A stretch of 64,000 nucleotides of DNA from Phycisphaerae bacterium (GCA_963675745.2 CAXXWX010000002.1:55374-119373); one strand, 5' to 3'. Positions 52,853 to 63,116 are shown, counted from the stretch's first letter. Notes: a model not told the origin generated them from the letters alone. Program-made: numbers and translations.

Positions 52853-53336
52853 CTAAGCTTCACACCCGCACGATTCTGCCCACTGCGACGGAATATCAAA
52901 CCCCGCCAGCGCCACATCGAATAACCAGTGCAGAAACACCTGCCAGGGACGGCTGAACCAGTCACACGTACCGTCGATGAGCTCGCCCGACGCCGGCCCG
53001 ACAATGTCAGGCGTCCCCGCCATGGAGCCTTCATCATCACCAATAAGGCAGCCGGCCTCGTCGTAGCAGCACTGACTGCCGTACTCATCGCCGTAACCAC
53101 GATAGCACGAGTCGGCCCCGACGTGCGTCACCAGCGGGGCCACTGTGTCACGACACCAGCCGTCCGCCGCTGTCCACCCCGGCGCGCTCAGTGGGCAACC
53201 CTGCGCGTTGGCCACTTCCGGGCATGACGCCGACGGCTCGACGTAATACAGCCCGCCGTCAGGCGTCACGAACGGACATCCCACCCAGAACGCCACACAG
53301 GCATGCACTGGCGAGGAGCGCCGTTGGTCTTGTCAT
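52853..53336 (-). CDS. Cys-rich lipoprotein with an AMOP-like domain (1-bp frameshift at 53280-53282)
   Basis: H.GA..C.R, QCCYD..G.LI, AGTPD, H...DV. Removing one G gives MTRPTALLASACLCGVLGGCP. Confidence 0.7.
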
Positions 53337-53431
53337 GAGTCATCCCGTCGAACAGCGGCGACTGCCGCCGCTGGCATTTAGTTGTCCAACGATCAGGGTT
53401 ATATCGCGGGGGCGTTTGGGGCTCAAATGGC

Positions 53432-53532
53432 GAAGTCAGAAGTCAGAGGTCAGAAGCCAGAAACGCGCTACCGAGTGCAAAACGGGTTTCGAGCGCGAGT
53501 ATCTGCATTCTGCCTTCTGCATTCCGCATTCT
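53432..53532. repeat. Opposed heptamer tracts (GAAGTCA)x4 ... (TCTGCAT)x4
   Basis: Seen at 53432-53462 and 53502-53532. Confidence 0.75.
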
Positions 53533-53549
53533 CCCCTTATCTTTCCCCC

Positions 53550-54254
53550 ATGACACAAGCTGAGCTGAGGTCGGCGGGTTATGAGCTTGATGACGTCGAG
53601 TACGCGCTCCTGGGGCGCTTTGTTGACGCGCTGCTTGCCGAGAACGCGCGTGTCAATCTGACCGGCACGCGTGAGCCGCGCGCTCTGTGGGGACAACATA
53701 TCTGCGACAGTCTGGCGCTGCTGAGACCGTTGGAGGAGGCCAGGCCGCAAAGCCTGCTTGATGTGGGCACGGGCGGTGGCTTGCCGGGCATCGCGATCGC
53801 CTGTGTTTGCCCGGGGCTGCGCGTGACATTGCTGGATGCGACCCGGAAGAAACTGGATGCGCTGGATCGGATTATTCGTGAGTTGGCCCTGGATGATGTG
53901 AAGACGCTTTGGGGCCGCGCCGAGACGCTCGCACACGATGCGGCGTACCGTGAGAGCTTTGACGCCGTCACAGTGCGCGCGGTTGGCGATTTGCGTGTGT
54001 GTATCGAGTATGCCGCCGGCTTCATCAGGCCGGGCGGGCAGGCGTGGTTTTATCGCGGCACGCAGTCGGTCGAGGCGGACGTGGCGCGCGGCGAGCGCGC
54101 CGCCGGCCGCTGCCGCATGTCGCACGTGTCCACCTGGCTCTACGACCTGCCGGCCCCCCACGGCACACGAGCATTGGCGGTGTACGTTAAGGACAACCCC
54201 CTGCCGACGAGCCTCCCGCGCGCCGCGGGCACGCCAAAGCTAAAGCCGCTGTGA
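53550..54254 (+). CDS. rsmG: 16S rRNA m7G527 methyltransferase
   Basis: NLT, H..DSL, LDVGTGGGLPG, LDAT.KK, GRAE, RAV, PR.AG. Confidence 0.94.
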   Translation: MTQAELRSAGYELDDVEYALLGRFVDALLAENARVNLTGTREPRALWGQHICDSLALLRPLEEARPQSLLDVGTGGGLPGIAIACVCPGLRVTLLDATRKKLDALDRIIRELALDDVKTLWGRAETLAHDAAYRESFDAVTVRAVGDLRVCIEYAAGFIRPGGQAWFYRGTQSVEADVARGERAAGRCRMSHVSTWLYDLPAPHGTRALAVYVKDNPLPTSLPRAAGTPKLKPL

Positions 54255-54261
54255 GTGGCGA

Positions 54262-54408
54262 GGAACAGGGAACGGGGAACGGGGAACAGGGAACAAAAAC
54301 GGAAGGGCCGGTCGCCCCACCCTTTATCCAACAACCCGTGTTCCAGCCCCCGTTCCCTGTTCCCTGTTCCCCGTTCCCCGTTCCCCGTTCCCTGTTCCCC
54401 GTTCCCTG
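54262..54408. repeat. Inverted heptamer tracts (GGAACRG)x5 ... (CCYGTTC)x8
   Basis: Seen at 54262-54296 and 54349-54408. Confidence 0.9.
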
Positions 54409-54427
54409 AATCTCTTATAACTCCCCC

Positions 54428-55177
54428 ATGCTCGACCGCATCCGCATCGTGCTGTACCACCCGACCGGACCGACCAACGTCGGTGCGGTCAGCCGAGCGA
54501 TGGCGAACATGGGCCTCGCCGAGCTAGTGCTGGTCGCGCCTAAAAACCCCACCGACCATGAACAGTCAATCGCCTACGCCAGCCACGGCCTGCACGTCCT
54601 GCAACGGGCCCGGACCGTCGACACGCTCGAAGAATCCCTCAAGGACTGCGTCAAGACCTACGCCACGTCGTCAAAGCTCGGCCTCTACCGCAGGCAAGCC
54701 GCCATCGTCCCCCACGAGGCGGCCCGCGAGGCACTCGCGCAGGCACGCACCGGCCCGGTCGCAATAGCCTTCGGCCCCGAGAGCTTCGGATTCCGCAACC
54801 GCGAACTCCTGCTTTTTGACCGGATTATCACGATTCCGGCGGATGACGAATACCCCGTGCTGAATCTGGCGGCGGCGGTGACGATCGTCTGCTACGAGGT
54901 GCGCAAGGCGTGGCACGGCCTGCGTGATGAATCCCTGCTGCCGCGTGCGATTGACCATGAACCGGCGCCGGACCAGCGCAAGCAGATCCTGTTCGCCAAG
55001 CTCTTCGATGCGCTCGATAATATCGGCTTCTTCTCGGATCAGAGTCCGGATAAGCTGAAATACGCCATCCGCCACCTGTTCGGACGCTTTGAGATGACCG
55101 TCCACGAGGCGGATGTGATGATTGGAATGGCTCAGCAGATTCGCTGGTACGCCGACCACCATCGCAAGCTCACGTGA
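54428..55177 (+). CDS. trmJ: TrmJ/LasT-type SPOUT tRNA methyltransferase
   Basis: NVGAVSRAMANMG, FGPESFG, IPA...YPVLNLA.AV...YE. Confidence 0.88.
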   Translation: MLDRIRIVLYHPTGPTNVGAVSRAMANMGLAELVLVAPKNPTDHEQSIAYASHGLHVLQRARTVDTLEESLKDCVKTYATSSKLGLYRRQAAIVPHEAAREALAQARTGPVAIAFGPESFGFRNRELLLFDRIITIPADDEYPVLNLAAAVTIVCYEVRKAWHGLRDESLLPRAIDHEPAPDQRKQILFAKLFDALDNIGFFSDQSPDKLKYAIRHLFGRFEMTVHEADVMIGMAQQIRWYADHHRKLT

Positions 55178-55276
55178 GCCCGGCGGGTGCTGATATTCCG
55201 CCGCGCCACCGCGGCGCACAATCCCGTTTTTTCGCCAGAGCCCCGTAAATACTCGTTGAATTCTCAAAAAGTGTTC

Positions 55277-55304
55277 TTGGCGCGAGGCCGCGCTCCCTTA
55301 AAAT
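55277..55304 (+). promoter_or_regulatory. Putative sigma70-type promoter for the PEP-CTERM pair
   Basis: TTGGCG-N16-TAAAAT with an AT-rich upstream region. Confidence 0.4.
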
Positions 55305-55457
55305 GGAGGTCGTCTTGAGGAGGACGATGCTTCAGCTTTGAGATACCGGAGGCCGCACGAGATGCGCCTGTTCTGGCGTACAGGTTGGCGGTCATCGAAC
55401 GGGTTCAGTCGGTGCTGGCCTGTTGTCTTAAGGATCAAGTCTCGGAGGAGGATTGCA

Positions 55458-56354
55458 ATGAGGAAGGTAGTTTGTTTTGCCGCGATAGCGGCATTGACAT
55501 CGGTCGCCTTCGGGCAGGTCGCGATCAACGAGGTCGACTACAACGGCCCCGGCACAGACATGACCGAGTGGATCGAGTTGACTGGAGCGGCCGGCACTGA
55601 TCTGACTGGTTGGACGATCAAGCTGTACAACCAGGGCGCAGAGTACGCAGCCTACCCACTCACCGGCAGCATCCCGAATGACTTCAGCAGCCCGTGGGGC
55701 GGCGACGGTGGCTTTTACGTGATGGGCATTTTCGACGCCACCACTGCGGCCGTGTTTGGAGCGCCGGACTACACCCCCGCCGGTTGGGTTTCGGACGAAA
55801 TCCAGAACGGCCCGAATGACTCGATCGTGCTCTTCAACAATCTGGGCGCGGTCGTCGACGAGTGGGAGTATGACAGCGACACACCCGGCTCGAACTCCAT
55901 CCTGGGATTCAGCCAGGCGTTCGGCGACTACGATGGTGCCGGTACGGCCGGTGACATCACGACTTACCAGTCGCTAGGCCGGCTGGGCTACAGCTATGAC
56001 GAGCCCATCTTCGTCTTTGACGATCCGCAGGCTCAGCTCGGCGTCGTGAGCTGGAACTACACGTTCGATCACGACCTCAACATCGCCTACAGCGGCACCG
56101 GCCCGGCCTGGACTTCGCCGGCCTACACCGGCGCGGCGTTCACCACCGTCGGCCCGTACACGGAAGCCGCCACCGGCGAGATTCAGTACAGCGGCACCTC
56201 GGCCTACGGTGCGAACCGTGGCCTGACCCCCGGCACGTTTAACAACGCGTACTACGGCGCGGGTGGCCAGGATCCGTACACGATCAACATCGTTCCCGAG
56301 CCGGCTTCGCTGCTTCTGCTCGCGTTGGGCGCGCTCGCACTGCGTCGCCGCTAG
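55458..56354 (+). CDS. PEP-CTERM protein with N-terminal lamin-tail-like domain
   Basis: Signal peptide; INEV.Y...G.D..EWIEL; ends VPEPASLLLLALGALALRRR. Confidence 0.9.
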   Translation: MRKVVCFAAIAALTSVAFGQVAINEVDYNGPGTDMTEWIELTGAAGTDLTGWTIKLYNQGAEYAAYPLTGSIPNDFSSPWGGDGGFYVMGIFDATTAAVFGAPDYTPAGWVSDEIQNGPNDSIVLFNNLGAVVDEWEYDSDTPGSNSILGFSQAFGDYDGAGTAGDITTYQSLGRLGYSYDEPIFVFDDPQAQLGVVSWNYTFDHDLNIAYSGTGPAWTSPAYTGAAFTTVGPYTEAATGEIQYSGTSAYGANRGLTPGTFNNAYYGAGGQDPYTINIVPEPASLLLLALGALALRRR

Positions 56355-56433
56355 TTTGTGCAGTAATCTAATATGCGCGGCAATGCCCGCGCGGTGCAAA
56401 TAAACGCCCTAGAGGCACTTGGAGGAGAATAAG

Positions 56434-57132
56434 ATGTACAAAGTACTTGTTTCAATCGCTGTCTTGGCGATGGCCACAACGGCCATTGGCCAGACAACCC
56501 TGCTAATCGAAGATTTCGAAGACATCGTGGTCGAATACACCACCTCCACGCCGGAGTTCTCGGACGGAGCGGGTGACTTCTGGTTCAACACCTCTGGTCC
56601 GCTCACCCATGGTACGTTCGTCGAGTACTTCGGCGCCGATGGTGGCATCTTCAACGGCATGGACCTCGATGGCGAAGGCGCCACGCTGCCGCTCGTGATG
56701 GACTTCAGCGGCATCGACATCGCCGGCTTCACCGGTCTGGTGTTCGGCATTGATCTCGCCGAAGATGACGACGGGACCAATGAGGACTGGGACCTGCCCG
56801 ACTACGTCCACGTCGACTACCAGATCGACGGCGGCGGCTATCAGAATCTGCTGTGGGTCGAGTCGATTCCGAATGAGACCATTTACAACGCAGTTCCGGG
56901 CATTGACGTGGACTTCGATGGCACTGGCGACGGCCCGGCCATTACCAGCACGTTTGCTCCGTTCAGTGCGGCCATTGGCGGCACCGGCAGCACGCTGGAC
57001 CTCCGCATCACCTGGCAGCTTGACTCAGGTGACGAGGATCTGGCCATTGATAACGTTCAGATCACCGGTGTGCCCGAGCCGGCCAGCCTGCTTCTGCTTG
57101 GTCTGGGCTTCCTGGCGATCCGTCGCCGCTAA
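56434..57132 (+). CDS. PEP-CTERM protein
   Basis: Signal peptide, acidic beta-rich body; ends VPEPASLLLLGLGFLAIRRR. Confidence 0.9.
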   Translation: MYKVLVSIAVLAMATTAIGQTTLLIEDFEDIVVEYTTSTPEFSDGAGDFWFNTSGPLTHGTFVEYFGADGGIFNGMDLDGEGATLPLVMDFSGIDIAGFTGLVFGIDLAEDDDGTNEDWDLPDYVHVDYQIDGGGYQNLLWVESIPNETIYNAVPGIDVDFDGTGDGPAITSTFAPFSAAIGGTGSTLDLRITWQLDSGDEDLAIDNVQITGVPEPASLLLLGLGFLAIRRR

Positions 57133-57164
57133 GCTGTAGCAGCGAAAGCAACACTCGTAACACC

Positions 57165-57203
57165 CGCCGGGTGGGCAGCCGCCGTTGTCCGCCCGGCGTT
57201 TTT
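57165..57203 (+). terminator. Rho-independent terminator
   Basis: CGCCGGGTGGGCAGC-loop-GTTGTCCGCCCGGCG followed by TTTTT. Confidence 0.8.
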
Positions 57204-57377
57204 GCGCGCGGGCGCAATCGAGCGAAGGATCTGGGCCGTGACGGCTCGCGGCGCGGACCGATGACGCGAATGGGCGGTTTCGGTGTGCGACGGCCTGCGA
57301 GGCGCAGGCCGCTACATTTGCGGGTGCCCCATGGCTTGCCGTGGGGGAACGACGAATGCCTTGGTGTGTCGTGCCTG

Positions 57378-57806
57378 TCAGTCCCCGCCCAGCTCCGCTT
57401 CGAGCAGCTTCTTGACCTTGTCGCAATCATCGCTGTTATCGAATGCCAGCGTTGTAACCTGTCGATCGCCCAGGGCCAGCGCTGAGAATCCGCGCAGGCT
57501 CACGTTCGCGTCCGAAGCCACCTTGGCAATGCGCGCCCCGAGCCCGCGCATGTCAGGCCCTTCGATACGCACGGCCCGGAAGCTGTGGTCACGGGCCAGG
57601 CCGGCCTGCTGTGCAATCTCTATCTCTTCGAGCGTGCGCAACGGCGACACAAACAACAGCCCGCCGCCAATCGCCTGACGCCGGCTGATGATCAGCTCCA
57701 GGCTGAGCCCGCCCTCGCTCAGGGCTTGCAGTTTTTCGGCCAATGCGCCGGTGCGATCATCGAGCGCACCGACCCAAACGTGTTCCTTGGTGATTCGGTA
57801 AGACAT
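57378..57806 (-). CDS. Tandem ACT-domain protein
   Basis: LDDRTGALA..L..L and GPD..GLGA.I...A....VSL; two ACT-like halves. Confidence 0.8.
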   Translation of the reverse strand: MSYRITKEHVWVGALDDRTGALAEKLQALSEGGLSLELIISRRQAIGGGLLFVSPLRTLEEIEIAQQAGLARDHSFRAVRIEGPDMRGLGARIAKVASDANVSLRGFSALALGDRQVTTLAFDNSDDCDKVKKLLEAELGGD

Positions 57807-57921
57807 CGTTTCGTCTCCCCAATTCATCTCGCCGGCAACGGTTAGCCTCTTCACCACGCAATGTACCGAGTGTCGCGCCGCACGGCAAACTGCCCCATCA
57901 CCGCCCGCCCGGGAGGCACCG

Positions 57922-59109
57922 TCAACGGCTGATGAATAGGTCCATCAGACCGTGTGCCGGATCAACCATCCAGCCGCCGGCCCGCGCATCTTTCTCATTG
58001 AACGGCCGTCGCTCGACCGGCTTGATGTCGTGGCCGGCATAGCAGAACGGCGGCGGCTCGGCCGAATGTGCCGTCGTCGCCACGGGTGTCGGGTGATCCG
58101 GAGCAACCAGCACACGCCACGCATCATCCTCACGCAGCCGGTCAAGCACAGGCCCGACCACGAGATCATCCGTGCGCTCGAGGGCTGTAATCTTCTCGCC
58201 GGCGTCGCCAAGATGGCCCGCTTCGTCCGGCGCCTCCACGTGTACGATCACCAGGTCATAGTCATCCAGGGCCCGCACCGCCGCCGTGCCCTTGCCGACG
58301 TAGTCCGTGTCAATATAGCCCGTGGCACCCGGAACCTCTATCAGTTCCATCCCCATGGACAGCGCCAGCCCGCGAATGATGTCCACTCCGGTGATGACCG
58401 CGGCGCGAACGCCGAATCGTTCGCGAAATGGCGGAACCGGCTTTGGACGTCCCTGGCCCCACAGCCAGATATCACTCACCGGCACGCGCCCCGCCGCCCG
58501 CCGCGCTTCGTTGATCGGATGGTCCCGCAGCATATCCGCCGCGGTGTCCATTATCGCACGCACGCGATCCTGCCCCTGCCCCGCCGGCAGGTGATCGGCG
58601 ACCGGTTCACCCGGAATGTCGTGCGGCGGCGCGCAGCGCAGCTCATAGTCCGCCGCCGCACCGAGGATCAACAGATTGCGATATGACACGCCCGCGTGGA
58701 AGCGGCACTTGTCGCCGGCGAACAGCGTGTTCAAATCGGCGATCAGACGCTCGGCCTCATCCTGCGCTATATGGTCGGCCGTGAAATCGTTCATGCACCC
58801 ATCCGCAATCGTAACGAAGTTGCAGCGGAAGATAATCTCGTCAGGACCGGCGCTCAGCCCGCGCGCCACGGCCTCAATCGGCGCGCGGCCCGTGTAGTAT
58901 TCGTGCGGGTCATAGCCCAGCAACGCCATCGTGGCCACGTCAGTGCCCGGCGTAAACCCAGCGGGCACGGTGAGCGCTCTGCCCAGGCGTCCGTTGCGCG
59001 CCACCCAGTCCATGTGCGGGATATTCGCCGCTTCCAGCGGTGTGCGCCCGCCAAGTTGCGGCAAAGGCTCGTCCGCGGCGCCGTCGGGGAGGATGATCGC
59101 GTACTTCAT
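57922..59109 (-). CDS. apgM: Cofactor-independent phosphoglycerate mutase, ApgM type
   Basis: DGAAD, TPLEAA, GRAPIEA, SYRNL, HVEAPDEAGH, PDHPTP. Confidence 0.9.
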   Translation of the reverse strand: MKYAIILPDGAADEPLPQLGGRTPLEAANIPHMDWVARNGRLGRALTVPAGFTPGTDVATMALLGYDPHEYYTGRAPIEAVARGLSAGPDEIIFRCNFVTIADGCMNDFTADHIAQDEAERLIADLNTLFAGDKCRFHAGVSYRNLLILGAAADYELRCAPPHDIPGEPVADHLPAGQGQDRVRAIMDTAADMLRDHPINEARRAAGRVPVSDIWLWGQGRPKPVPPFRERFGVRAAVITGVDIIRGLALSMGMELIEVPGATGYIDTDYVGKGTAAVRALDDYDLVIVHVEAPDEAGHLGDAGEKITALERTDDLVVGPVLDRLREDDAWRVLVAPDHPTPVATTAHSAEPPPFCYAGHDIKPVERRPFNEKDARAGGWMVDPAHGLMDLFISR

Positions 59110-59203
59110 TGAGACTTCCTGTATTTGACCCGCATGCTCATGCGGTAGTTAAGCCCAACCGCACCGGTTGAAAACCGGTACCACATCGGTCCCGCAGTAG
59201 GCT

Positions 59204-60667
59204 CTAGCCTTTCACAACGCCGACGGGGCGCAAGCGCGCCACGCGCCTGCTGATGCCCGCATCGTGCAACACGTTGACGACTTGCACGACATCCTTATAA
59301 GCGGCCGGCTGTTCTTCGTTAAGACCGGCGCGGCTCTTGGAACGGACAAACACGCCGCGATCGAGCAACTCCCGGTGAATCGACCGGCCCTTGGCCGCCT
59401 TGTTGGCGGCGGTGCGCGACATCAAGCGCCCCGCGCCGTGGCAGGCGCTGCCGAAAGTCTCGCTCATCGCTCCGGGCGTGCCTACCAGGATGTAACTGTA
59501 ACGCCCCATATCGCCGGGGACGAGCACGGGTTGCCCCACCTGGCGATAGGCCGCCGGCACATCTTCATGCCCGGCTGGAAAGGCGCGCGTGGCCCCCTTG
59601 CGGTGTACGCACAAAGAGCGCTCCACACCATCCACGTCAAAGCGTTCAATCTTCGCGATGTTGTGGGCCACGTCATAGACCAAACGCATTCCGAGTTGGT
59701 CGGCGGATCGGCTCAGGGCTTTCTCAAACGCGCGGCGAACGAGGTGGGTCATGATCTGCCGATTGGCCCAGGCGTAGTTCGCCGCGGCGCGCATCGCGCC
59801 CAGGTAGCGTTGCCCCTCATTCGAATGCACCGGCGCGCAGACGAGCTGCCGATCGGGCAGCTCGATGCCGTACTTCTTCGGCACGTCGCGCAGAGCCTTG
59901 AGTGCATCGTCGCACACCTGGTAACCGAGGCCGCGCGAACCGGAGTGGATCATCACGCACACCTGCCCGACGGCGAGCCCGAAGGCCCTGGCGGCCTTTT
60001 CGTCCTCGATTTCCTCGATAACCTGGACTTCCAGGAAGTGGTTGCCGGCCCCGAGCGACCCGCACTGGGTCTCCCCACGCTCGAACGCACGCTCCGACAC
60101 GAAACCGGGCCGGGCGTTCTCAAGGCATCCGTGGGCTTCCGTAACCTCGATGTCTTCGGGCCTGCCAAAGCCGCGCTCAACAACGTACCGCGCGCCGCGT
60201 TCGAGCAACTGGCCCAACTCGGGCTTCTTGAACCGGCTCGCCCCACCGCTGCCAACGCCGCACGGCACCGTGTCAAACAGGGCATCAACCAGCGCGGGCA
60301 CGCGCTCCTTCACGTCGGCGTAGTCGATATCAGAGCGCACCAGGCGCACGCCGCAGTTGATGTCGTAGCCGACGCCGCCCGGACTGATCACGCCACCCTC
60401 AGCCGGATCGGTGGCCGCAACGCCGCCGATGGCGAAGCCATAACCCCAGTGAATGTCGGGCATGGCGAGCGAAGCACCGACAATGCCGGGCAAACACGCG
60501 ACGTTGGCAACTTGCTCCGGAGCGTTGTCCTGGCGGATCTTGTCGATGAGCGCGGCGTTTGCATAAATGATGCCGTCCACGCGCATTTCAGGCCGGTGCG
60601 CTTTGGGAATGCGCCAGCGATTCTCGTCAACGCGTTCGAGCGGGCCGTCGTAGCCGCGTTTGCCCAT
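59204..60667 (-). CDS. rtcB: RNA-splicing ligase RtcB (archaeal/eukaryote-like subtype)
   Basis: MPDIHWGYGF.IGG, DINCG, GNHFLE, HSGSRG, HN, HRKGATRAF, HGAGR, AYK. Confidence 0.97.
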   Translation of the reverse strand: MGKRGYDGPLERVDENRWRIPKAHRPEMRVDGIIYANAALIDKIRQDNAPEQVANVACLPGIVGASLAMPDIHWGYGFAIGGVAATDPAEGGVISPGGVGYDINCGVRLVRSDIDYADVKERVPALVDALFDTVPCGVGSGGASRFKKPELGQLLERGARYVVERGFGRPEDIEVTEAHGCLENARPGFVSERAFERGETQCGSLGAGNHFLEVQVIEEIEDEKAARAFGLAVGQVCVMIHSGSRGLGYQVCDDALKALRDVPKKYGIELPDRQLVCAPVHSNEGQRYLGAMRAAANYAWANRQIMTHLVRRAFEKALSRSADQLGMRLVYDVAHNIAKIERFDVDGVERSLCVHRKGATRAFPAGHEDVPAAYRQVGQPVLVPGDMGRYSYILVGTPGAMSETFGSACHGAGRLMSRTAANKAAKGRSIHRELLDRGVFVRSKSRAGLNEEQPAAYKDVVQVVNVLHDAGISRRVARLRPVGVVKG

Positions 60668-60697
60668 GGTGTTTGCAACTCCTTGAGAGCGGGCCGC

Positions 60698-60726
60698 GAT
60701 CAGCGGTCAGCGATCAGCAATCAACT
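60698..60726. repeat. Heptamer tract (GATCAGC)x4, degenerate
   Basis: gatcagc ggtcagc gatcagc aatcaac, between archease and rtcB. Confidence 0.7.
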
Positions 60727-60776
60727 TGTGGGACCGACCTCCGGTCGGTCATCCGCATTCGTCACACTGCATTTGA

Positions 60777-61196
60777 TCATATATCCACGATAAACGTGGC
60801 CTCGTAGCCGTTGGGTACCGAGCGAATGTCCAGTTCATGATACGTGATCGCCTTCACTTCGCGATGCAGCGCGCTGGCATCACGATCCACATCACGCAGC
60901 CCGGCCCGCACGATCAGATGACGGTCATCAAATTGCACGTCGCCGATCCGGCCAACGATCCGGCCCTGCGTTTCGAAACAGTGCAGCAGCTCGGTGAGAT
61001 AGTCGTGCAGGAGATACGGCGGGTCGTCGCCGGCAAACTCGAAGCCGACCTCACGTTCACCGCCACATGCCACAATCTCGCCGATGCACGAATAAAAGGC
61101 GCGCGTGGCGGGCTCAACCAGCGCGGCCAGCGACGGCGCCCAAACGCGCGTCCCCAAATCCGCCGTGTGCTCAAAATGTTCAAACCCAGCATCCAT
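60777..61196 (-). CDS. Archease (RtcB activator)
   Basis: EHTAD N-terminus, EVKAITYH, C-terminal VDI; directly upstream of rtcB. Confidence 0.95.
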   Translation of the reverse strand: MDAGFEHFEHTADLGTRVWAPSLAALVEPATRAFYSCIGEIVACGGEREVGFEFAGDDPPYLLHDYLTELLHCFETQGRIVGRIGDVQFDDRHLIVRAGLRDVDRDASALHREVKAITYHELDIRSVPNGYEATFIVDI

Positions 61197-61350
61197 AGCA
61201 CGTAGAGTACGTCCACAGTGTAGGGTAGGTCGAGCCTGGCGCGACCTGCCCTACCTCCGCCACTCCGGTTGCTGACGTCCGGCGCGTCCTGCATAATCCA
61301 CGTGGCGGCAGTCGGAGCATCTCTTTGTCCGCGGCATAAGTGAGGGCGCA

Positions 61351-63010
61351 ATGTCGGATGTCAATCTCCCGGTCGTGATCGGCGCGTTCGTCGTATATAC
61401 GCTGGCGATTGTGCTCATCGGGCTCTGGTCCGCCCGTTTTGCCCGGCGCAGCGATGAAGACTACTTCCTGGCCGGCCGCTCGCTCAACGCGTGGGTCGCG
61501 GCCCTGTCGGCGTCAGCGTCGAGCGAATCCGGCTGGGTGACCCTGGGACTGGTGGGCTGGGCCTTTACCGAGGGTGTCAAGGCGTACTGGATCATCCCCG
61601 GCTGCCTGGCTGGTTTTGCATTCAACTGGTTCTTTATCGCCGGCCGCATGAGCGATCGCGCGCGAACGCTGAACGCGTTGACACTGCCGGATTTCTTCTC
61701 CTTCAACTTTCGCGAGCGCCTCCCGCTGTTGCGCACGCTCTCGGTGATCGTGATTCTGGTCGCCATGTTCCTTTACGTGTCGGCCCAGTTCGCGGCCGCC
61801 GGCAAGGCCTTTGGCGTGATCATCGACCACGTGGCCGGTACGGCGCCACAGGCCGTCGAAACGGCTGAGGCGACGGCGACTCCCCAGACGCCGGCCAGCC
61901 CGCTGGCCGTATTCACTAACCCCGGCCGCCTCATCCCAACCGAGTGGGGCGGCTACCAGTACGGCGTGCTGATGGGCGGGCTGATCGTCCTGCTGTACAC
62001 GACCACCGGCGGATTCAGGGCCGTCTGCTGGACCGATTTTCTTCAGGCGTTGCTGATGGTCGGGACGCTCGTGGTCTTCCCGATCTACCTCTTCATGCAC
62101 GAGGGCGGGTGGGAATTCATCGCACAACACCTTGGCACCGGCGGCGGAGAGCTGCTCGAATTCTGCCCCCGAGTGGGTATTTTCGCGTTCATCGGCTTCA
62201 TCTTCGGAAGCGGCGCGCTCGGAATCAACTTCGGCTATCCCGGCCAACCGCATGTGCTTGTGCGCTTCATGGCACTCAAGGATCGCCGAGCGGCGATTGT
62301 CGGCGGGATTGTCGCAATCGTCTGGGGCGCGCTCGTGTATTGGGGCGCGGTGACGGTCGGTCTCTTTGCCCGGGCCATGGCCGAAGCCGGCGCCGACTGG
62401 GCCACACCCATGGTGGAGAACAAGGAAATCTACGGCGAACTCGGGTTGGTGTTGGCGTCGTTGCACATGCTGCGACCGCTCATGTCCGGGCTGGTGCTCG
62501 CCGCGGTGTTGGCCGCCATCTGCTCGACCGCGGACAGCCAGATTGTCGTCGCGGCCAGTTCCGTGGCGAATGACCTCTATGCCCGGCTGGTTCGTCGCGC
62601 CCGCGGCGCATCGCACATGCTGGTAAACCGCCTGACTGTTGTATCGCTGGGGTGTGCTGGCCGCCCTGTCGGTGCTGAACCAGGAAGTGCGCGTCTATGT
62701 GTACGTGCTCACTTACGGCTGGGCGGTGCTTGGCGCGTCGTTTGGCCCGCAGGTGATTCTGGCACTGCTTTGGAAACGCGCGTCATACCTGGGCTGCCTC
62801 GCCGGCATGATGGTCGGCTTCGGCATCGCCCTGTACTGGCCCACGCTTTACTCCAAGGAAATCCAGCAAGCCACCGGCGTACACATCTACAACCTGACGA
62901 TCGCCTTCATCGCGGCCCTGGTCGTAAACGTAATCGTCAGCCTCCTGACATTCCGAAACACCGAGCGGACAACAGACAACACACCAAGCGAACCAGCGAC
63001 AAGCGCGTAA
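61351..63010 (+). CDS. Sodium:solute (proline-type) symporter (1-bp frameshift at 62649-62652)
   Basis: YFLAGR, ALSASAS..SGW, GGF.AV.WTD..Q, GQPHVLVRFMA, STADSQ; continuation WAVLGASFGP...LLWKR. Confidence 0.92.
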
Positions 63011-63037
63011 CCAAAGCTCCGTGCGCGCGCCCACTCA

Positions 63038-63105
63038 CCTGGTTGCCTAGTTGCCTGGTTGCCTTGCCGCCTCGTGGCCTCGTGGCCTCGTGGCCTTGTG
63101 GCCTT
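63038..63105. repeat. Octamer tandem tract (NGTKGCCT)x8
   Basis: ggttgcct agttgcct ggttgcct tgccgcct cgtggcct x3 tgtggcct. Confidence 0.85.
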
Positions 63106-63116
63106 CAACATCACCC

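Noticed and set aside
55277..55295. sigma54 promoter before the PEP-CTERM genes
   Set aside because: TGGCGCG is present, but there is no TTGC at the -12 position.
59264..60793. Long antisense ORFs (e.g. 59264-60793, 42702-44651, 34260-35639, 18556-19902, 12649-13941)
   Set aside because: Shadow frames of well-supported genes in high-GC DNA, with no recognisable motifs.
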